This document shows, one piece after another, positions 36,662 to 46,296 of a DNA stretch of 64,000 nucleotides (position 1 is its first letter; every line of letters begins with the position of its first letter). The translations under genes were made by a program, and so were the position numbers. The stretch covers positions 8 through 64,007 of the forward strand of contig PBPL01000101.1 of assembly GCA_002724675.1 (NCBI GenBank). The letters run 5' to 3'. The notes beneath the pieces were generated by a model that was given only the letters and a program-made list of their open reading frames with translations, searched no databases and was not told the origin of the DNA. Source of the DNA: Deltaproteobacteria bacterium. GTDB taxonomy: Bacteria > Myxococcota_A > UBA796 > UBA9615.

Positions 36662-38215
36662 CTAGCGACGCTTGTTCTTCTTGCGCGCCTTGCGCGCCTT
36701 CTTGCGCATGGCCTTCTTCTTGCTCGCATCCACAGAACGCCGCTGGCTTCCGCCGCCAGTACCCAGACCCAGCGCATCCGCGCCGGCCATGTTCTGCAGG
36801 CTGGAGAGCATCGATGGATTGATGTTGAGTCCCTGCCGGCGCAGACGTGCGAGCCCCTGCGCCTGACGAAGCCCGGGCACCTTGCCCATCAAGCCCGTCG
36901 CCTTGCCCATCTCCCGCATCATCACCCGGGCCATCTTGAACCGCTCGAGCAGTCCCTTTACCTCTTTGCGGCTATGCCCAGAGCCTCCGGCCACTCGCTC
37001 AATGCGACTGTCGCCGAGAATGTCAGGATTGCGGCGTTCCGCCTTGGTCATGGAGTTGAAGATGGCCTCAATCTTCACCAGCTCCCCGTCGTCGACCTTG
37101 GTCCCCTTGGGCACCATGTCGCCCAGCAGAGGCATCTTGTCGAAGACCTCCTGTAGGGGACCCATTTTCTGAATCATCTTCATCTGCTCGATGAAGTCCT
37201 CGAAGTTAAAGTCGCCACTCAGGAGCTTCTCGGCATCCTTCTCGGCCTGCTCCACATCGGCGACTTCCTCGAAGTCCTTCATCAGGCCGACGACGTCGCC
37301 CATGCCGAGGATGCGCCCCGCGAGACCCTCTGGACGGAACTCTTCGAGTCGATCCAGCTCCTCGCCCATGCCCAGATACTTGATGGGGACGCCGCAGACT
37401 TCCTTGATGGAGAGTGCGGCACCTCCTCGAGCATCGCCATCGAGCTTGGTCAGAACAAAGCCCGAGAGCGCAAGGCGCTCGTGGAAGCTCGCGGCCGTTC
37501 GCACCGCATCCTGACCAATCATCGCGTCACAGACGAACAGCGTGTTGCGGGGCTGGGTGCGCTCCCGGATGGCGTCCAGCTCACCCATCATGGAGTCATC
37601 GATAGCCAACCGACCGGCGGTGTCGAACAGGACAACATCGCGTCCAACGCTGGCAGCCTGCTGCATGGCCATCGCACACAAGTCGGGAGGCGACATGCCC
37701 TTCAGCGAGAAGACTGGAATGTCCAGCTTCCGCCCGAGCACCATCAACTGATTGATCGCAGCAGGCCGATAGGTGTCGGCCGCCACCATCATGGGCTTCT
37801 TGCCCTTCTTCTCCTTGAGGAACCAGGCCAGCTTCGCGGTGGTGGTGGTCTTACCAGAGCCTTGGAGACCAACCATCATGACGCCGGTCGGGCCCTTGTT
37901 GGCGTAGTCCAGCTCGGCATCGACGGGACCCATGAGGCCCACGAGTTCATCGTGACAGAGCCGCACAAAGTGGTCACCAGGCGTGACCTGCATGGACTTC
38001 TGCTTTGTCTTGGCCTTGACCTGGACGATCTCGCCTACGGCCTTCCCCTTCAGCCGCTCCAGAAAGCCATTGACCACCCCGTAGTCGACATCCGCCTCCA
38101 GCAGGGAGACGCGGATGTCCCGCAGCGCAGCCTCTACGTCCTCTTCACTGATGCGCGCCTGCCCCTGAAATCGGAGTCGGACATCGCGAAAACCAGAAGT
38201 GAGGGTGTCGAGCAT
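36662..38215 (-). CDS. ffh: Signal recognition particle protein Ffh
   Basis: NG domain (GLQGSGKTTTTAKLA, DTAGRL), M domain, and a basic C-terminal tail. Confidence 0.95.
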   Translation of the reverse strand: MLDTLTSGFRDVRLRFQGQARISEEDVEAALRDIRVSLLEADVDYGVVNGFLERLKGKAVGEIVQVKAKTKQKSMQVTPGDHFVRLCHDELVGLMGPVDAELDYANKGPTGVMMVGLQGSGKTTTTAKLAWFLKEKKGKKPMMVAADTYRPAAINQLMVLGRKLDIPVFSLKGMSPPDLCAMAMQQAASVGRDVVLFDTAGRLAIDDSMMGELDAIRERTQPRNTLFVCDAMIGQDAVRTAASFHERLALSGFVLTKLDGDARGGAALSIKEVCGVPIKYLGMGEELDRLEEFRPEGLAGRILGMGDVVGLMKDFEEVADVEQAEKDAEKLLSGDFNFEDFIEQMKMIQKMGPLQEVFDKMPLLGDMVPKGTKVDDGELVKIEAIFNSMTKAERRNPDILGDSRIERVAGGSGHSRKEVKGLLERFKMARVMMREMGKATGLMGKVPGLRQAQGLARLRRQGLNINPSMLSSLQNMAGADALGLGTGGGSQRRSVDASKKKAMRKKARKARKKNKRR

Positions 38216-38246
38216 GAGCAGCTTTCAGCCAGTACTAGGGAATGGG

Positions 38247-38732
38247 TTATTGAGGCTGTAGCCTCGCCTCGGTGCCGGATCCGGTGGAACCGAACCCGCC
38301 TTCTCCGCGCTCGGTAGCGTCGAGGATCTCGACCTGTTCTACCGACACCTGAGCCACCCGGGCCACCACCAACTGAGCAATGCGCATGCCTCGCTCGATG
38401 ACAAAAGGCTCAGACCCCAGGTTGGCAAGAAGCACCTTCACCTCACCCCGATAGTCCGAGTCGATGGTTCCAGGTGCATTGATGATCGTCACGCCGTGTC
38501 GGAGCGCCAGACCGGACCGAGGGCGGACCTGAATCTCGGTGCCCGGAGGCACCGCCATGGACAGGCCCGTTGGCACCGCGAGGCGGTCTCCTGGGTGAAG
38601 CGTGATGGGTTCAGTGACCGCTGCGCGGACATCGAGTCCCGCCGCCTGAGCGCTCATGGCCTCAGGCAGCGGGACGTCGTTGTCAGCTTCCGGTCGGAGC
38701 CGGCAAACACGTAGGGGTATGACCGGCTCCAC
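38247..38732 (-). CDS. dut: dUTP diphosphatase
   Basis: [33 protein letters not shown] motifs. Confidence 0.93.
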   Translation of the reverse strand: MEPVIPLRVCRLRPEADNDVPLPEAMSAQAAGLDVRAAVTEPITLHPGDRLAVPTGLSMAVPPGTEIQVRPRSGLALRHGVTIINAPGTIDSDYRGEVKVLLANLGSEPFVIERGMRIAQLVVARVAQVSVEQVEILDATERGEGGFGSTGSGTEARLQPQ

Positions 38733-38739
38733 GCTCGCC

Positions 38740-40881
38740 TCAGTGCGCGGCGTGCGCGGCTTCTTCGCCGAGCGTCTCGCCGAGGGCAGCCTTGCGGGAC
38801 AGCCGGATCTTGCCCGACTTGTCGACGTCGATGCACTTCACGAGTACCTCGTCGCCCTCCTGCAGGATGTCAGTCACCTTGTTGACCCGTGCCTCAGCCA
38901 GCTCGCTGATGTGCACAAGGCCATCGGTGTTGGCGAAGATCTCCACAAAGGCGCCGAAGTCCACGACCTTCTTCACGATGCCCAGGTAGAGCTTGCCCAC
39001 CTCGGCTTCCTGCGTCAGCTCACGGATCATACGGATAGCCGCCTCACAGGCCGCCGAGTCCGGCGACGAGATCGTGACCACGCCGACCCCAGAGGAGTCG
39101 TCCACGTTTACCTGAGCGCCCGTGGCCTCCACGATGCCCTTGATCGTCTTGCCACCGGGGCCAATGACGTCCCGGACACGGCTCTGGGCAATCTCCAGCT
39201 GGTGAATGCGGGGCGCGAAGGGGCTCAGGTCATCCCGTGCCTCTCCCAGCACCGTATTCATGCAACCGAGGATGTGCTCTCGTCCCTCACGCGCCTGGCT
39301 GAGCGCCTTGCGCATGATCTCCGAGCTCACGCCCTTGATCTTGGTGTCCATCTGGAAGGCGGTGACACCCGCGCGGGTGCCCGTGACCTTAAAGTCCATG
39401 TCGCCCAAGTGGTCCTCATCGCCCGAGATGTCGGACAGGACGGCGTATCGCTCGCCTTCCTTGATGAGACCCATGGCGATACCGGCAACCGGTGCTTTCG
39501 TGGGGACACCAGCGTCCATCATGGCGAGGGACGCACCGCACACCGAGGCCATCGACGAACTGCCGTTGCTCTCGGTGATGTCGGAGACGACACGCACCAC
39601 GTAGGGGTAGTCCTTCTGAGGGACGACCGGGTGCACCGCGCGTCGCGCGAGAGCGCCATGGCCGATTTCCCGGCGACCGGGACCCATCATGCGACGAGTC
39701 TCTCCCACCGAATAGGCGGGGAAGTTGTAGTGCAGCATGAAGCGATTCCAGCCCTGCTCATCGAGTTCATCGATGCGCTGCTCGTCCATGCGTGTACCGA
39801 GCGTGCAGGTCACCAGCGCTTGCGTCTCACCCCGGGTGAACAGGGCCGAGCCGTGGGTTCGCGGCAGCACACCGACCTCCACGTTGATGTTTCGCACCTG
39901 GTCCGGGACACGACCATCCAATCGGACACCCTCGTCCAGGAGACGTCCACGCATCAGCTGCTTGACCAGCTTTCCGTGAATCTCACCCAGCTGCTTGCGG
40001 CGACCCGCCTTCTCGTCGTCACTGGCGTCATCGGCCGCAGCGAACTTCTCTCGAATCGCCTCCTTCACGGCCTTGAGCGCATCCTTGCGGTCGTGCTTGC
40101 CTTCCACCTGGAAGGCGTCGACGATCGCCGAGCTGAACTCCGCGCGGACTTCGTCGACGAGCGACGAGATGTCCTCCTCCTCCGTCACGGTCATCTTGGC
40201 CTTACCGACCGCTGCCACCAACTCCTTCTGGAGCTCAATGATGGGCTGCGCGGCCTGGAAGCCAAACTCGAGACCGGCGACGATGTCTTCTTCGCTGGCC
40301 TCTTCCATTCCGCCCTCGACCATCGTGATGGCCTCGCTGCTGGCGGCAATGATCATGTCGAAGTCACTGTCCTCGAGCTGCGTCAGCGTGGGGTTGGCTA
40401 CCCACTCGCCATTGATGCGACCAACTCGGATGCCCGCGATGGGACCGTCGAACGGAATGTCCGAAATGCAGGTCGCAGCCGAGGCGCCGGTCAGCGCCAG
40501 GACATCGGTGGGGTTCTCCTGGTCGTGCGACACGACATAGGCGAGAACCTGAATCTCAGCACGCCACGTCTTTGGAAACAGCGGCCGGATGGGACGGTCC
40601 ATCATGCGGGCAACGAGAATGCTCTTCGGCCCGGGACGACCCTCACGCTTGAAGTAACCACCTGGGATGCGACCAGCGGCAGCCGCCATGGGTCGGTAAT
40701 CACAGGTCAAGGGCAGGAAGTCAGTGCCAGGACGGCCCTCACTCGCACCCGTTGCCGCGACCAGCACGACGGAATCGCCATACCGGACCAGCACCGAACC
40801 GCCCGCCTGCTTGGCGACGCGTCCGGTCTCAATGGATAGTTGTTTTCCGTTGATCTCAACGGACTTAATTGTAGTTGCCAT
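38740..40881 (-). CDS. pnp: Polyribonucleotide nucleotidyltransferase (PNPase)
   Basis: Two RNase PH domains followed by KH ([11 protein letters not shown]) and S1 ([15 protein letters not shown]) domains. ATG 40879-40881 ([20 protein letters not shown]) matches the canonical PNPase N-terminus. The listed ORF starts 60 nt upstream. Confidence 0.93.
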   Translation of the reverse strand: MATTIKSVEINGKQLSIETGRVAKQAGGSVLVRYGDSVVLVAATGASEGRPGTDFLPLTCDYRPMAAAAGRIPGGYFKREGRPGPKSILVARMMDRPIRPLFPKTWRAEIQVLAYVVSHDQENPTDVLALTGASAATCISDIPFDGPIAGIRVGRINGEWVANPTLTQLEDSDFDMIIAASSEAITMVEGGMEEASEEDIVAGLEFGFQAAQPIIELQKELVAAVGKAKMTVTEEEDISSLVDEVRAEFSSAIVDAFQVEGKHDRKDALKAVKEAIREKFAAADDASDDEKAGRRKQLGEIHGKLVKQLMRGRLLDEGVRLDGRVPDQVRNINVEVGVLPRTHGSALFTRGETQALVTCTLGTRMDEQRIDELDEQGWNRFMLHYNFPAYSVGETRRMMGPGRREIGHGALARRAVHPVVPQKDYPYVVRVVSDITESNGSSSMASVCGASLAMMDAGVPTKAPVAGIAMGLIKEGERYAVLSDISGDEDHLGDMDFKVTGTRAGVTAFQMDTKIKGVSSEIMRKALSQAREGREHILGCMNTVLGEARDDLSPFAPRIHQLEIAQSRVRDVIGPGGKTIKGIVEATGAQVNVDDSSGVGVVTISSPDSAACEAAIRMIRELTQEAEVGKLYLGIVKKVVDFGAFVEIFANTDGLVHISELAEARVNKVTDILQEGDEVLVKCIDVDKSGKIRLSRKAALGETLGEEAAHAAH

Positions 40882-41077
40882 CTTGGCAGTCTCTTTCGTC
40901 GCGGTCAGCAGCCCCTGGGCGAAACCCCTTGGTTCCGCCATCCACGTTTCCGTGGGACTGCCGTCTTCGTAGGCTCCCGAGGCACCCGCGCTGACCGCGT
41001 GGGCAGGGGTGGACGTTCCCCGGGAGATGCCAGCGCTCTCCTTCCCCGTTCCGGGGGAGCGCGCTGAACCAATGGAA

Positions 41078-41147
41078 AGGAGCCGGTCGGCTCCTGGCGC
41101 GAAACTGTTCCGCGCAAATGGTCAGAGCGCTGCGCTTACTGCGCAGC
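41078..41147 (-). promoter_or_regulatory. Three consecutive GC-rich hairpins in the rpsO-pnp intergenic leader
   Basis: AGGAGCC-GGTC-GGCTCCT (41078-41095); GCGCG-N9-CGCGC (41097-41115); GCTGCGC-TTACT-GCGCAGC (41129-41147), immediately 3' of the rpsO stop. In E. coli this spacer carries the rpsO terminator and an RNase III-processed pnp leader. Confidence 0.35.
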
Positions 41148-41154
41148 AGAGGAG

Positions 41155-41418
41155 CTACTTCCGCAGCCCCAATTCCTTGATGATGCTCTTGTACCGACCA
41201 AAATCGCCACCCCGGAGGTAGTCCAGGAGGCCACGGCGCCGGGCAACCATCATCAAGAGACCGCGCCGCGAGGCATGGTCCTTGTGGTGGGTCCGGAAGT
41301 GGTCGGTCAAGTTGTTGATTCGTTCGGTCAGCAGCGCGATCTGGATCTCGGGGGACCCGGTGTCACCGTCGCTGCGGGCGAACGTCGAGATGAGCTCGGC
41401 TTTTCGCTCGGGGGTCAT
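41155..41418 (-). CDS. rpsO: 30S ribosomal protein S15
   Basis: 87-aa protein: [40 protein letters not shown]. Confidence 0.96.
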   Translation of the reverse strand: MTPERKAELISTFARSDGDTGSPEIQIALLTERINNLTDHFRTHHKDHASRRGLLMMVARRRGLLDYLRGGDFGRYKSIIKELGLRK

Positions 41419-41583
41419 CGTATTGTCTCCTCCGCCGGTGCCGGCCCCGGAACACCCGGAAATCGCACACCGCAGATAGGTTTTCGGCGCGAAGGGTAGG
41501 GTCTAAAGCAGAGGAAGTCAATGATTCACTGCGAGGCGAGTTCCGTGTCACCAGCACCAAGCGCTGGAGCGCCACGAGTCAAG

Positions 41584-42660
41584 TCACCGCAGGACCCGCT
41601 CCACTTGAAAGACAACGGCACCCGCTTCTCGCCGGGAGAGCGAGCCCCGAGAACAGGTGGCGCGCACGACAGCGACCCCCCGCAAGCCATTCCCATCCTC
41701 CAGCACGAGCCGATCGCCCTCGTGGAAGTCGAGGGCCATCAGCGCGGGATCTTGCTGGAGCTCCGACTTCCTCAGAGGCTGGCCTGACCCCACTCTGGCG
41801 GCCAGGAGGTCCGGGAGACGCAGCGTGGGCAAGCCTCCCAGGAGATCGGCTACCGGACACAGCGCGCCAGCCAGGAAGTCCCGCCAGCGACGAGCGTTGT
41901 CTTCGGGCACGAACCGGATCACTTCCCCACCCTCTTGAAGAGCCTGACGCTCAGTGCGCCACTGCTCAGACTTCTCCACGATGTGGTCCAAGGGCAGCGC
42001 ATCATCGACACTGAGAGAGCCCGTGCTCGTACGCCGCAGCATATGCAAGTGGCCACCAACACCCAACACCTCACCCAGATCGTCAGCCAGTGCCCGCACA
42101 TAGGTTCCTGCTCCGCACTTGACCTGAATCACGACATCAGCCGTCGACTCGGCTTGCTCCAGACCCATGAGCTCAATCCCATGAATCACCACGTCCTTGA
42201 CGGGCAGTGCCACCTCTTCCCCTGACCGGGCGTAGTCGTAGAGCCGGCGACCCTCAACGCGTGCTGCGGAGAAGCGAGGCACGGTCTGCTGCTGCTCACC
42301 GAGGAAGCCCTTGAGAGCCTCGCGAATGCTGGCCTCGTCCACAGCCGACGCATCCCTCTGCTGCGTCACCTCGCCCGTCGGGTCCATCGTATCGGTGCGC
42401 ACTCCCAGACGGACTACAGCCTCGTAGCACTTGTCCTGGTTCTGGAGGTAGGGCATCACCCTCGTCGCTCCATTCAGGAGCAACGGGAGCAAGCCTGTAG
42501 CAAAGGGATCCAGCGTCCCGCCATGGCCTACTTTGCCGAGGCGTAGCCTGGCCTTGATGCGCTGGCAGACCTCATGCGAGGTCACGCCGGCAGGCTTGTC
42601 CACCAACAAGACCCCCTGCAGGATCGTATCGGCACCGTTGCGACGACGTCGACGGCCCAT
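41584..42660 (-). CDS. truB: tRNA pseudouridine(55) synthase TruB with a PUA-like C-terminal extension
   Basis: GVLLVDKPAGVTSHEV and KVGHGGTLDPFATGLLPLL motifs. Start overlaps the rbfA stop by 1 nt. Confidence 0.92.
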   Translation of the reverse strand: MGRRRRRNGADTILQGVLLVDKPAGVTSHEVCQRIKARLRLGKVGHGGTLDPFATGLLPLLLNGATRVMPYLQNQDKCYEAVVRLGVRTDTMDPTGEVTQQRDASAVDEASIREALKGFLGEQQQTVPRFSAARVEGRRLYDYARSGEEVALPVKDVVIHGIELMGLEQAESTADVVIQVKCGAGTYVRALADDLGEVLGVGGHLHMLRRTSTGSLSVDDALPLDHIVEKSEQWRTERQALQEGGEVIRFVPEDNARRWRDFLAGALCPVADLLGGLPTLRLPDLLAARVGSGQPLRKSELQQDPALMALDFHEGDRLVLEDGNGLRGVAVVRATCSRGSLSRREAGAVVFQVERVLR

Positions 42661-43106
42661 CAGCCTTGTCCCTCCTGCTCCGAGTCGTCCCCAGCGGTGG
42701 CCTCGGGAGCTGTCATGGGTTCCGAGGGAGTCACAGACTCTGCGACCTCCTCGTCCGCATTCAGTCCATCCATGAGGTCATGCATGTCCACCAGGTTTGC
42801 GACGCCAACGTCATACCGAAACGAGAGCTTCGGGGTGAAGCGAAGACGTAGGTTTCTCCCGGCTTTGCGTTGGAGAAAGGTGGACGCGGCCCGAAGACCA
42901 GCCTCAAGCTCGGCGACCCTCTCCATGTCACCGATTCCGGCCATGGGAACGAAATAGACTCGCGCTTCCCGCAGGTCGTCGGTGACTTCCACCCGAGTGA
43001 TGGTCACAGACTGGACTCGGGGGTCTTTCACCTCGCGCTGCACCAGGCGGGACAACTCCACCTGCAGCTGCTTCCCCACACGATCGCCTCTTCGGATTGT
43101 GGTCAT
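42660..43106 (-). CDS. rbfA: Ribosome-binding factor A, with an acidic C-terminal tail
   Basis: RVGKQLQVELSRLVQREVKDPRV...VTITRVEVTDDLREARVYF. Start at ATG 43104-43106; the listed ORF starts 156 nt upstream. Confidence 0.88.
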   Translation of the reverse strand: MTTIRRGDRVGKQLQVELSRLVQREVKDPRVQSVTITRVEVTDDLREARVYFVPMAGIGDMERVAELEAGLRAASTFLQRKAGRNLRLRFTPKLSFRYDVGVANLVDMHDLMDGLNADEEVAESVTPSEPMTAPEATAGDDSEQEGQG

Positions 43107-43162
43107 AGCGCGCCTTCTACCCGCTAGACGGCCCCACGTCACGCGCTGAGACCGTTCGAGGC

Positions 43163-43747
43163 TCAGAAGAACTCCTTGGGAAGGAACGCGGCCACGTCGA
43201 TCACACGGTAGAGCCGCTCGTCCTCTCGGCTCTTCATGAGACGAATACGGCGCATGTTCCAAGTGGAGTTCCAGCGCAGCTCCGCCGTGGACTCGATGGG
43301 AGAACCGAGATCCAGCGGAAAGCCAGATGTTCCCAGCGCAGTGGGGATGTCCATCAAGTGCTCTAGATCCTTCCGAATACGATAAATGCGACCGTCGTAG
43401 GTCCAGACCTCAGCTCGCTCGAACACCACCTGGCGCTCATTCTCGGGGAGGTCCTCGTAGCGAAGTTGCTCCCCCAACTGGTCCTGCACAACATCCGCCG
43501 GCAGCTCCGACAGCTTGCGTCGCGACAGGTACGGGATGTCGATGTGGAGGCCCGTTCGTTTCTCATAACCGACCTGCACGCGAGCGGAGGGTACACTGGC
43601 TGCGGGCTCCGTCGTAGCGGCCGAGGGACGTGCTGCAAGCCGGGCGTCTTCCTGCTCGATCAGGCTCGGTGGCAGTGTCCCGTCCGATGAGCAACCCCAT
43701 GCCCCCAACAGAAAGGCGACGACGAGGGCAGGGACAGCAGGCACCAT
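43163..43747 (-). CDS. Hypothetical lipoprotein
   Basis: Signal peptide with lipobox MVPAVPALVVAFLLGAWGC, starting at ATG 43745-43747. No recognisable domain. Confidence 0.6.
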   Translation of the reverse strand: MVPAVPALVVAFLLGAWGCSSDGTLPPSLIEQEDARLAARPSAATTEPAASVPSARVQVGYEKRTGLHIDIPYLSRRKLSELPADVVQDQLGEQLRYEDLPENERQVVFERAEVWTYDGRIYRIRKDLEHLMDIPTALGTSGFPLDLGSPIESTAELRWNSTWNMRRIRLMKSREDERLYRVIDVAAFLPKEFF

Positions 43748-43833
43748 TGCGACATCCTGCGGCCCAGCAGCGCCGTTGACAAGGCCTTCTCGCCCACCCA
43801 AGATGACGACGCCTACGCTCCGGGACCCCCACC

Positions 43834-44517
43834 ATGGCTATCACCGTCAGGTTGTTTGCAGCCCTCCGCGAGCACGTCGGACACAGCAAGCTTGAGTTGG
43901 AGTTGGCACCGAACGAGACCGTGGGTTCTCTGTTTGACCGACTCTTCGTCGACCCAGCCCTCCAGGGACTGAGACCGTCGCTGCTCTTCGCGGTGAACCG
44001 GGACTACGTGAGCCACGACCACGAGCTTCGCGATGGTGACGAGGTCGCGTTCATCCCCCCACTGGGCGGGGGTGCTCCCGGTCCAGAGGGCGAGCCCATA
44101 GCCCGCGTGTTTCTGTCTCGGGAACCTCTGAACCTGTCCGCGCTGATTGACTGCGTTCGCGGACCAGGCCGGGGTGGAATCACGACATTCACCGGAACCG
44201 TCCGGGACCACTTTGAGGGCCGACCTGTCCTGCACCTGGACTACGAGGCCTACGAAGAGATGGTCCTACCCAAGATGGCCGAACTGTGCGAGATCATCGA
44301 GACCCGATGGCCGGAAACTTCGGTCGCTATGGCTCATCGAGTCGGCCGGCTCCACATCGGAGACGAGGCTGTCCACGTGGCGGTCGGCGCACCGCACCGG
44401 GACGCCGCCTTCGCAGCGTGTCGGTTCGCAATCGACGAACTCAAGGCCACCGTTCCTATCTTCAAGAAGGAGATCTACGAGGACGGCAGCCAGTGGAAGG
44501 CGCAGGGTGGTGGCTGA
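43834..44517 (+). CDS. Fused molybdopterin synthase: MoaD (sulfur carrier, internal GG) - MoaE (catalytic subunit)
   Basis: The N-terminal ~80 aa have a ubiquitin-like MoaD pattern ending ...DGDEVAFIPPLGGG. The C-terminal ~140 aa carry MoaE motifs (GGITTFTGTVRDHFEG, HRVGRLHIGDEAVHVAVGAPHRDAAF, PIFKKE). Confidence 0.85.
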   Translation: MAITVRLFAALREHVGHSKLELELAPNETVGSLFDRLFVDPALQGLRPSLLFAVNRDYVSHDHELRDGDEVAFIPPLGGGAPGPEGEPIARVFLSREPLNLSALIDCVRGPGRGGITTFTGTVRDHFEGRPVLHLDYEAYEEMVLPKMAELCEIIETRWPETSVAMAHRVGRLHIGDEAVHVAVGAPHRDAAFAACRFAIDELKATVPIFKKEIYEDGSQWKAQGGG

Positions 44518-45238
44518 GGACACATTTCATTTCCGCTCGTCTCGGGGGCGAGCGGATCGCAACCCCTACGTGGACCGCATCAAGGACTTCGGCTCCCATG
44601 CGCTCCGCGCCGAGGAATCTGAGCCGCTGAGAGGTCACTGGCGAGAGGCCATCGGCAAGAGCGCCGACGCACCCCTGTTGTTGGAGATTGGCCCAGGGAA
44701 TGGTTTCTTCTTTGCCGAACTAGCCCGACGCCACCCAGAAGCCGCCGTGGTCGCCGTGGAGATTCGGTTCAAGCGGGTCTGGCTCACCGCCAAGAAAGCC
44801 CTAGAGGCTGGGGCCCATAACTTTCGTGTGATTCACCACCACAGTCGCCACCTGCCGGACCTGTTCGAAGATGGCGAGCTGGACGCCGTGTTCATCCACC
44901 ACCCCGACCCCTGGCCCAAGGAACGGCACCACAAGCATCGACTCTTGCAACCCAGCTTCGCCAACCAGCTGGCGCGCCTCCTGCGAACCAACGGCGAGGT
45001 CTGGCTCAAGAGCGACTTCGAGCCCTACGGACCGCTCGCTCGCGAGGTCTTCTCGGGGAGCGACTTCTCCGAAATCGAGTACACCGCCGACCTGCACGGA
45101 AGACCAAGTCTCGAAGCCCCAGAGGACGTAGTGGCCCGCTTTCGCATGGCCGACGTGGCTACGAACTACGAGGTCAAGTCTCGGAAAAAGGGCGCTCGAA
45201 TCATGCTGGCGGGCTACCGTCGTCAGCCGGTGAGCTAG
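44507..45238 (+). CDS. trmB: tRNA (guanine-N7)-methyltransferase
   Basis: LLLEIGPGNGFFFAELARRHP...VAVEIR and FIHHPDPWPKERHHKHRL motifs. GTG at 44507 or 44510 overlaps the moaDE stop. The listed ORF start at 44147 lies inside moaDE. Confidence 0.85.
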   Translation: MVAEDTFHFRSSRGRADRNPYVDRIKDFGSHALRAEESEPLRGHWREAIGKSADAPLLLEIGPGNGFFFAELARRHPEAAVVAVEIRFKRVWLTAKKALEAGAHNFRVIHHHSRHLPDLFEDGELDAVFIHHPDPWPKERHHKHRLLQPSFANQLARLLRTNGEVWLKSDFEPYGPLAREVFSGSDFSEIEYTADLHGRPSLEAPEDVVARFRMADVATNYEVKSRKKGARIMLAGYRRQPVS

Positions 45239-46244
45239 AGCCCATCTGACGGCTCTGACTCAGCAATCGTCGAACGCTGATTCGGTCCACTACGAGGAAG
45301 AACCCGCCCAGAACACTCAGCAAGAGAAACTGGCTGCCGTGGACCAACACCGAAAAAGCAGCCGCCTGGTCATAGAACTCCGTGCCGACGACCAGCACCA
45401 CGCCGACAATCACCGCAGCCTCGAAGACCCCGGCAAAGAGCGGGGGTGCCGGCAGAATCAGGAAGATGCAGATCGACGAAAGAATCGCTCCTGCGTCCCA
45501 GAAGCCCACCTGGGCACCGAACTCAAGCCCACGAGCCATCACGAGGATCGAGAACACGTTGAGAACCCACGTGATCACCGTCCAAGCGAGGACTGGAACA
45601 GCGCTACGCAAAGAACCCAACGACAGCAGTGCATCCAGGAACGTGCGCAGCAACCCAGAAACCAGCGATCCCATCCTCTCGCCCGCCAGTCCAGCGAGAC
45701 GACCCGCGAGCGAGACACCCCGGTCCCCCATAGCCAGTAGCACGACGAGAAGACCCGATGCGGGCAGCAACACAGAGAGAATGGCGGTGCGGCCCGTACC
45801 CACCAAGTCCACAGGCTCTCCACCAATACTCACCGGACCATCGGGAAGATCTGCCAGAGCCAGCGCGCCAACAAAGATCGCCCCGAGGGCCAGCATGTCG
45901 AGAACCCGCTCGACAACCACCGTCGCTACACCAGACCCAAAGGGGATCTCTTCCCGCTCGAACAGAAGGTACGGACGCACCACCTCCCCGAGCCTAAACG
46001 GAAGCACGTTGATCAGAAAGAAACCAACAGAGCAGACCGAAAAATAGGTCCTAAAACCGACCCGCGGCTCCACGGCCTGAACCAGACGACCCCAGCGAAT
46101 CGACCGACACACATGAACGCTGAAGAAGAGCCCTAAGCCAGCGATGAAGGTCGGGACATGGACCCCTTGCAGGGCCTCCAGAAACGCCTGACCATCGACC
46201 CCTCGAAACGCGAGATACAAGGCGACGGCACCCACCGCCAACAT
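45201..46244 (-). CDS. Flippase-like / lysylphosphatidylglycerol-synthase TM-region (UPF0104) family membrane protein
   Basis: Polytopic protein; the N-terminal AVGAVALYLAFRGVD...SIRWGRLV pattern is typical of UPF0104. Start uncertain: ATG 46244, TTG 46271, or the listed 46406, which would overlap the upstream gene. Confidence 0.6.
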   Translation of the reverse strand: MLAVGAVALYLAFRGVDGQAFLEALQGVHVPTFIAGLGLFFSVHVCRSIRWGRLVQAVEPRVGFRTYFSVCSVGFFLINVLPFRLGEVVRPYLLFEREEIPFGSGVATVVVERVLDMLALGAIFVGALALADLPDGPVSIGGEPVDLVGTGRTAILSVLLPASGLLVVLLAMGDRGVSLAGRLAGLAGERMGSLVSGLLRTFLDALLSLGSLRSAVPVLAWTVITWVLNVFSILVMARGLEFGAQVGFWDAGAILSSICIFLILPAPPLFAGVFEAAVIVGVVLVVGTEFYDQAAAFSVLVHGSQFLLLSVLGGFFLVVDRISVRRLLSQSRQMGSSSPADDGSPPA

Positions 46245-46296
46245 CACGAAGATCTGAAGGATTCTGGGCAACGTGTTGAGCGCCAGCGAGACGCGC

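Noticed and set aside
36662-36730. Lys/Arg-rich C-terminal tail of Ffh (KKKAMRKKARKARKKNKRR).
   Set aside because: Basic C-terminal tails on the M domain occur in many Ffh proteins. Not unusual.
38656-40839. Very long ORFs antisense to, or out of frame with, clear genes. Examples: 38656..40839(+) opposite pnp, 5310..6491(+) opposite nuoM, 7590..8942(-) out of frame within nuoL/nuoK, 10561..11649(+), 27892..29160(+), 49314..50684(+), 53787..55169(-).
   Set aside because: High GC suppresses stop codons in non-coding frames. The translations are Arg/Pro/Gly/His-rich low-complexity strings with no motifs, and each fully overlaps a gene with strong family signatures.
42660-43801. rbfA is not preceded by nusA-infB as in many bacteria; a small lipoprotein gene sits upstream instead.
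   Set aside because: Gene-order variation around rbfA-truB-rpsO-pnp is common across phyla. The observation has no mechanistic implication that I can support.
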